In this document: piece by piece, positions 61,648 to 64,000 of the stretch
Numbering within the stretch: position 1 is the first letter of the stretch
Layout: each line of letters opens with the position of its first letter
DNA from: Gammaproteobacteria bacterium
Lineage (GTDB): Bacteria > Pseudomonadota > Gammaproteobacteria > Eutrophobiales > Eutrophobiaceae
Length of the DNA stretch: 64,000 nt
Reading direction: 5' to 3'
NCBI GenBank assembly: GCA_965202685.1
Contig: OZ241853.1
Span: 2,585,622 to 2,649,621, forward strand
Notes under the pieces: generated by a model
Database searches by the model: none
Told to the model about the DNA's origin: nothing
The model's input: the letters and a program-made list of their open reading frames with translations, nothing else
Made by a program: the position numbers and the translations under genes

Positions 61648-62394
61648 ATGAAAAAGATAAACCGACAAGAAGTGCTAAAGTATGTTGAAGAAAACATCGC
61701 AACTTTTCATCAGCAACGCATTGATAGTCTTAATAACTTGAAGTTATTGGAAGTCATCGCAAGGAAGAATCCCTATCTTCTCAAAGCGAAATACTTGCTG
61801 ACTACTGGCGAGATTGTAAGCGGTTTAACAGATGCGCATATTTCTTCAAATGAAGAGACCATTTTTAACAACTGGCTGAAAGGTTTAGCTATTTTTGTCA
61901 ATAGTAAAGTTTATGGCGGGTATAAGTCGGGCATTACAGGCATTGATCTCGAATTTAACAAAGATGGAATAAGATACATTGTAACGATTAAATCAGGGCC
62001 CAATTGGGGCAACGCTTCACAAATAGCTAAAATGATTGAGGATTTTAAAACAGCTAAGCTAGCACTGAGAACAAGCAATTCAAAGCTAAACATAACTGCT
62101 ATCAATGGTTGCTGTTACGGGAGAAACAATAAAACGGACAAAGGGGAGTATTACAAGTATTGTGGTCAACGCTTTTGGGAATTCATATCCGGCGACAGCG
62201 AGTTATTTACTGAAATTATTGACCCACTTGGATATAAAGCCAAAGAAAAGAATGATGTCTTCATGGCATCGTATTCGCAGATGATAAATCGGTTCATCAA
62301 AGCGTTTGCAGACACATATTGCAAAGACAATGGAGAAATTGACTGGAAAAAACTGGTCATATTCAACTCTGCAATAGAAAGGCCCCCTAAGTAG
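61648..62394 (+). CDS. hypothetical protein; candidate type II restriction endonuclease partner of the adjacent methyltransferase
   Basis: 248 aa, AT-rich, convergent with the methyltransferase. Possible acidic/Lys cluster GIDLEFNKDG…VTIKSG, but no catalytic motif confidently recognised. Confidence 0.3.
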   Translation: MKKINRQEVLKYVEENIATFHQQRIDSLNNLKLLEVIARKNPYLLKAKYLLTTGEIVSGLTDAHISSNEETIFNNWLKGLAIFVNSKVYGGYKSGITGIDLEFNKDGIRYIVTIKSGPNWGNASQIAKMIEDFKTAKLALRTSNSKLNITAINGCCYGRNNKTDKGEYYKYCGQRFWEFISGDSELFTEIIDPLGYKAKEKNDVFMASYSQMINRFIKAFADTYCKDNGEIDWKKLVIFNSAIERPPK

Positions 62395-62407
62395 TTAAGC
62401 TATGCCG

Positions 62408-63988
62408 TTATTTTTCCTTTAGGTGGAAGATGGTTTCAGCATAGGCGTTGGATCTGTCCTTTTCAACCCGGTTCAGCACCGGGCGTTTGAAGCGGTTGAC
62501 AATCTCCATGCTGGCTAACTCGGCGATCTCGGGGTAAAGGTCGTATTTGTCATTCGCCACTAACAAGACATCGTAGTCTTCCCTGAGGCACCTTTTGCAG
62601 TTTTTCAAGACCTCCGCTATGCCCTGGGTGTAAGAATCTCGCGCTGTTTTTCCCTGGCCTTTGCACAAAGGCCCCACTTCCAATTCATCAGCCCGCGCTA
62701 AGCCAAACATCTCATAGGCGTAGGCATGTTGCTCGTGATAATCGATTAAACCCACATAGGGCGGGCTTGAAAAGATCCCTTTGATTTTTTGCCTTGTCAG
62801 CGTTTCCGGGAAACCGGCTTTTTTCGCCGCCTCAACAATATCGATACTCCTGCTGTCGCCTTGCAGGCAAATCTGAAAAGTCTCGGTTCGCAACTTCTTG
62901 AATTCGCCCAGCCGGTTCAGGGTGTCCACGGCGTATCTCTTCCACCAGCCGGCAATGGAAAACACTGGCCTGCACAGCTTGCCGTGCTTTTTGCAGTAGT
63001 AAGCGGAGGAGACAGGTTCCTTCAGGGTCCCTAAATCCGCATGCGTGGTCGCCCGGCAAGAGCGAGCCGTCCTGCTGAGAATAACGGCGAGCATCTTTCT
63101 GAGGCCTTGATCATCGAGCCGTTCGAATTCCTGAAGCATGAAGTCTATTTCTTCCCTGACAGGAGACAAAAACCATTTGTCTAAAAAGCTGTCATTTTTA
63201 TCCTGTCTGATCCTGATTTTGCATTGCTCCGCCAAGGCAAAATAAACAGGTAAAAACTCTGCTTCTTTCTCTTTTGCGTATTCCATTTCCTCGATGAGCC
63301 CCTGGTTGATCTTTCTCTTGTACTCAGGCGATGGAAAATGTTTGGCGTTAAATTCCGCCAATGCCGCCGAGAGGCGTTCCTCAAAGGTCCCATTGTTTCT
63401 GTCAGCCTGAAAAGCCTCCAACTTTATCGTCAATTCCCGAGCCGCCTCAGCGACTCGGTCGAGATCATGATCTTGAACCTTGACATTAGCGATCATGCTG
63501 TTGAACAGGGACACATCTACGCTAATGGCGTGGAGGCCTAGCTCGTTGGCCTGAACCAAGGTCGTCCCGCTGCCGCAAAATGGCTCTAAAACAACGTCGC
63601 CCTGCTGGAAGAACGCCTCTCGTTTGAATTCGTCCGTGCGCTGGTCCAAAAAGTACTCCGCCAGTTGCGGGATGAATTTCCCCTTGTAGGGGTGCAGCCT
63701 GTGTACATGTTTTGTTCTTTCCTTCTCCTGACACTCCGCAAAAGACAGACGCCAGTTAAGATCGTCGCCTAAGGTTTCCTTCCACTCTTTTTCCTTGTTG
63801 AAGGAATCGTAGTAGGACTGCAACTCTTCCCGGTCAACCAGGGCGTTGCCGCGCTTGCCGTGTTTCTTAAGCTTGCCGTATTGAAGAAGATAGGAAATGT
63901 TGGAAGAGGAGATGTTGCGCCTGGTGTGCCGGGAGGCCCACTCCGCCGCTTGCCTCAGGTCGATGAGCGAGCCTTTTTCCTCAAACAA
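62408..63988 (-). CDS. DNA amino-methyltransferase (SPPY motif), family paralog C
   Basis: HRLHPYKGKFIPQL …VVLEPFCGSGTTLVQANELGLHAISVDV… IFSSPPYVGLIDY. Same permuted architecture as the island-1 methyltransferases. 526 aa. Confidence 0.7.
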   Translation of the reverse strand: MFEEKGSLIDLRQAAEWASRHTRRNISSSNISYLLQYGKLKKHGKRGNALVDREELQSYYDSFNKEKEWKETLGDDLNWRLSFAECQEKERTKHVHRLHPYKGKFIPQLAEYFLDQRTDEFKREAFFQQGDVVLEPFCGSGTTLVQANELGLHAISVDVSLFNSMIANVKVQDHDLDRVAEAARELTIKLEAFQADRNNGTFEERLSAALAEFNAKHFPSPEYKRKINQGLIEEMEYAKEKEAEFLPVYFALAEQCKIRIRQDKNDSFLDKWFLSPVREEIDFMLQEFERLDDQGLRKMLAVILSRTARSCRATTHADLGTLKEPVSSAYYCKKHGKLCRPVFSIAGWWKRYAVDTLNRLGEFKKLRTETFQICLQGDSRSIDIVEAAKKAGFPETLTRQKIKGIFSSPPYVGLIDYHEQHAYAYEMFGLARADELEVGPLCKGQGKTARDSYTQGIAEVLKNCKRCLREDYDVLLVANDKYDLYPEIAELASMEIVNRFKRPVLNRVEKDRSNAYAETIFHLKEK

Positions 63989-64000
63989 GCTCTGCTGGAC

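Larger units (their letters stand above)
61640..64000. other. AT-rich genomic island 3 (runs to the window edge): convergent candidate endonuclease plus methyltransferase
   Basis: Abrupt drop in G+C directly after the SNF transporter gene. The two genes are tail to tail with a 13-bp gap. The island may continue beyond 64000. Confidence 0.55.

Overview
Everything below is read by eye from the sequence and the six-frame ORF track; nothing was aligned or searched. The window is a high-GC chromosomal segment (about 63-66% G+C by eye) from what looks like a beta- or gamma-proteobacterial methylotroph or methanotroph. The backbone, in order, is: a TonB-dependent receptor; metZ with an upstream SAM-II-like leader; a co-directional serine-cycle module (sga, mcl, mtkA, mtkB, hprA, ppc); a Rieske dioxygenase alpha/beta pair; gloB; thiC; glnE; a GGDEF protein; a translationally coupled operon of a family-2 glycosyltransferase, a PNP/MTA-nucleosidase-like protein and an SplB-like radical-SAM protein; the conserved block tRNA-Tyr, tRNA-Gly, tRNA-Thr, tuf, tRNA-Trp, secE, nusG, rplKAJL, rpoBC; a tandemly duplicated outer-membrane beta-barrel gene; and an uptake/hydrolase neighbourhood of two TonB-dependent receptors, two amidohydrolases, a sulfatase, an EEP-family nuclease/phosphatase, a PfkB kinase and an SNF transporter. 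Three AT-rich islands (about 40-45% G+C by eye) interrupt this backbone. Each carries restriction-modification-type genes and no integrase or transposase. Island 1 (12.5-16.5 kb) has two paralogous amino-methyltransferases followed by a single-HKD phospholipase-D-family nuclease of BfiI/Nuc size and architecture. Island 2 (27.2-31.0 kb) has a D12-class methyltransferase, a 605-aa AlwI/N.BstNBI/PleI-like type IIS endonuclease and a beta-class methyltransferase; it sits next to a 76-bp x4 tandem repeat and the tRNA cluster. Island 3 (61.6 kb to the window edge) has a 248-aa candidate endonuclease convergent with a third paralog of the island-1 methyltransferase family. That methyltransferase family looks circularly permuted: a beta-class-like AdoMet-binding module sits N-terminal to the SPPY catalytic motif. 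Many long antisense ORFs in the GC-rich genes are artefacts and are listed as rejected.
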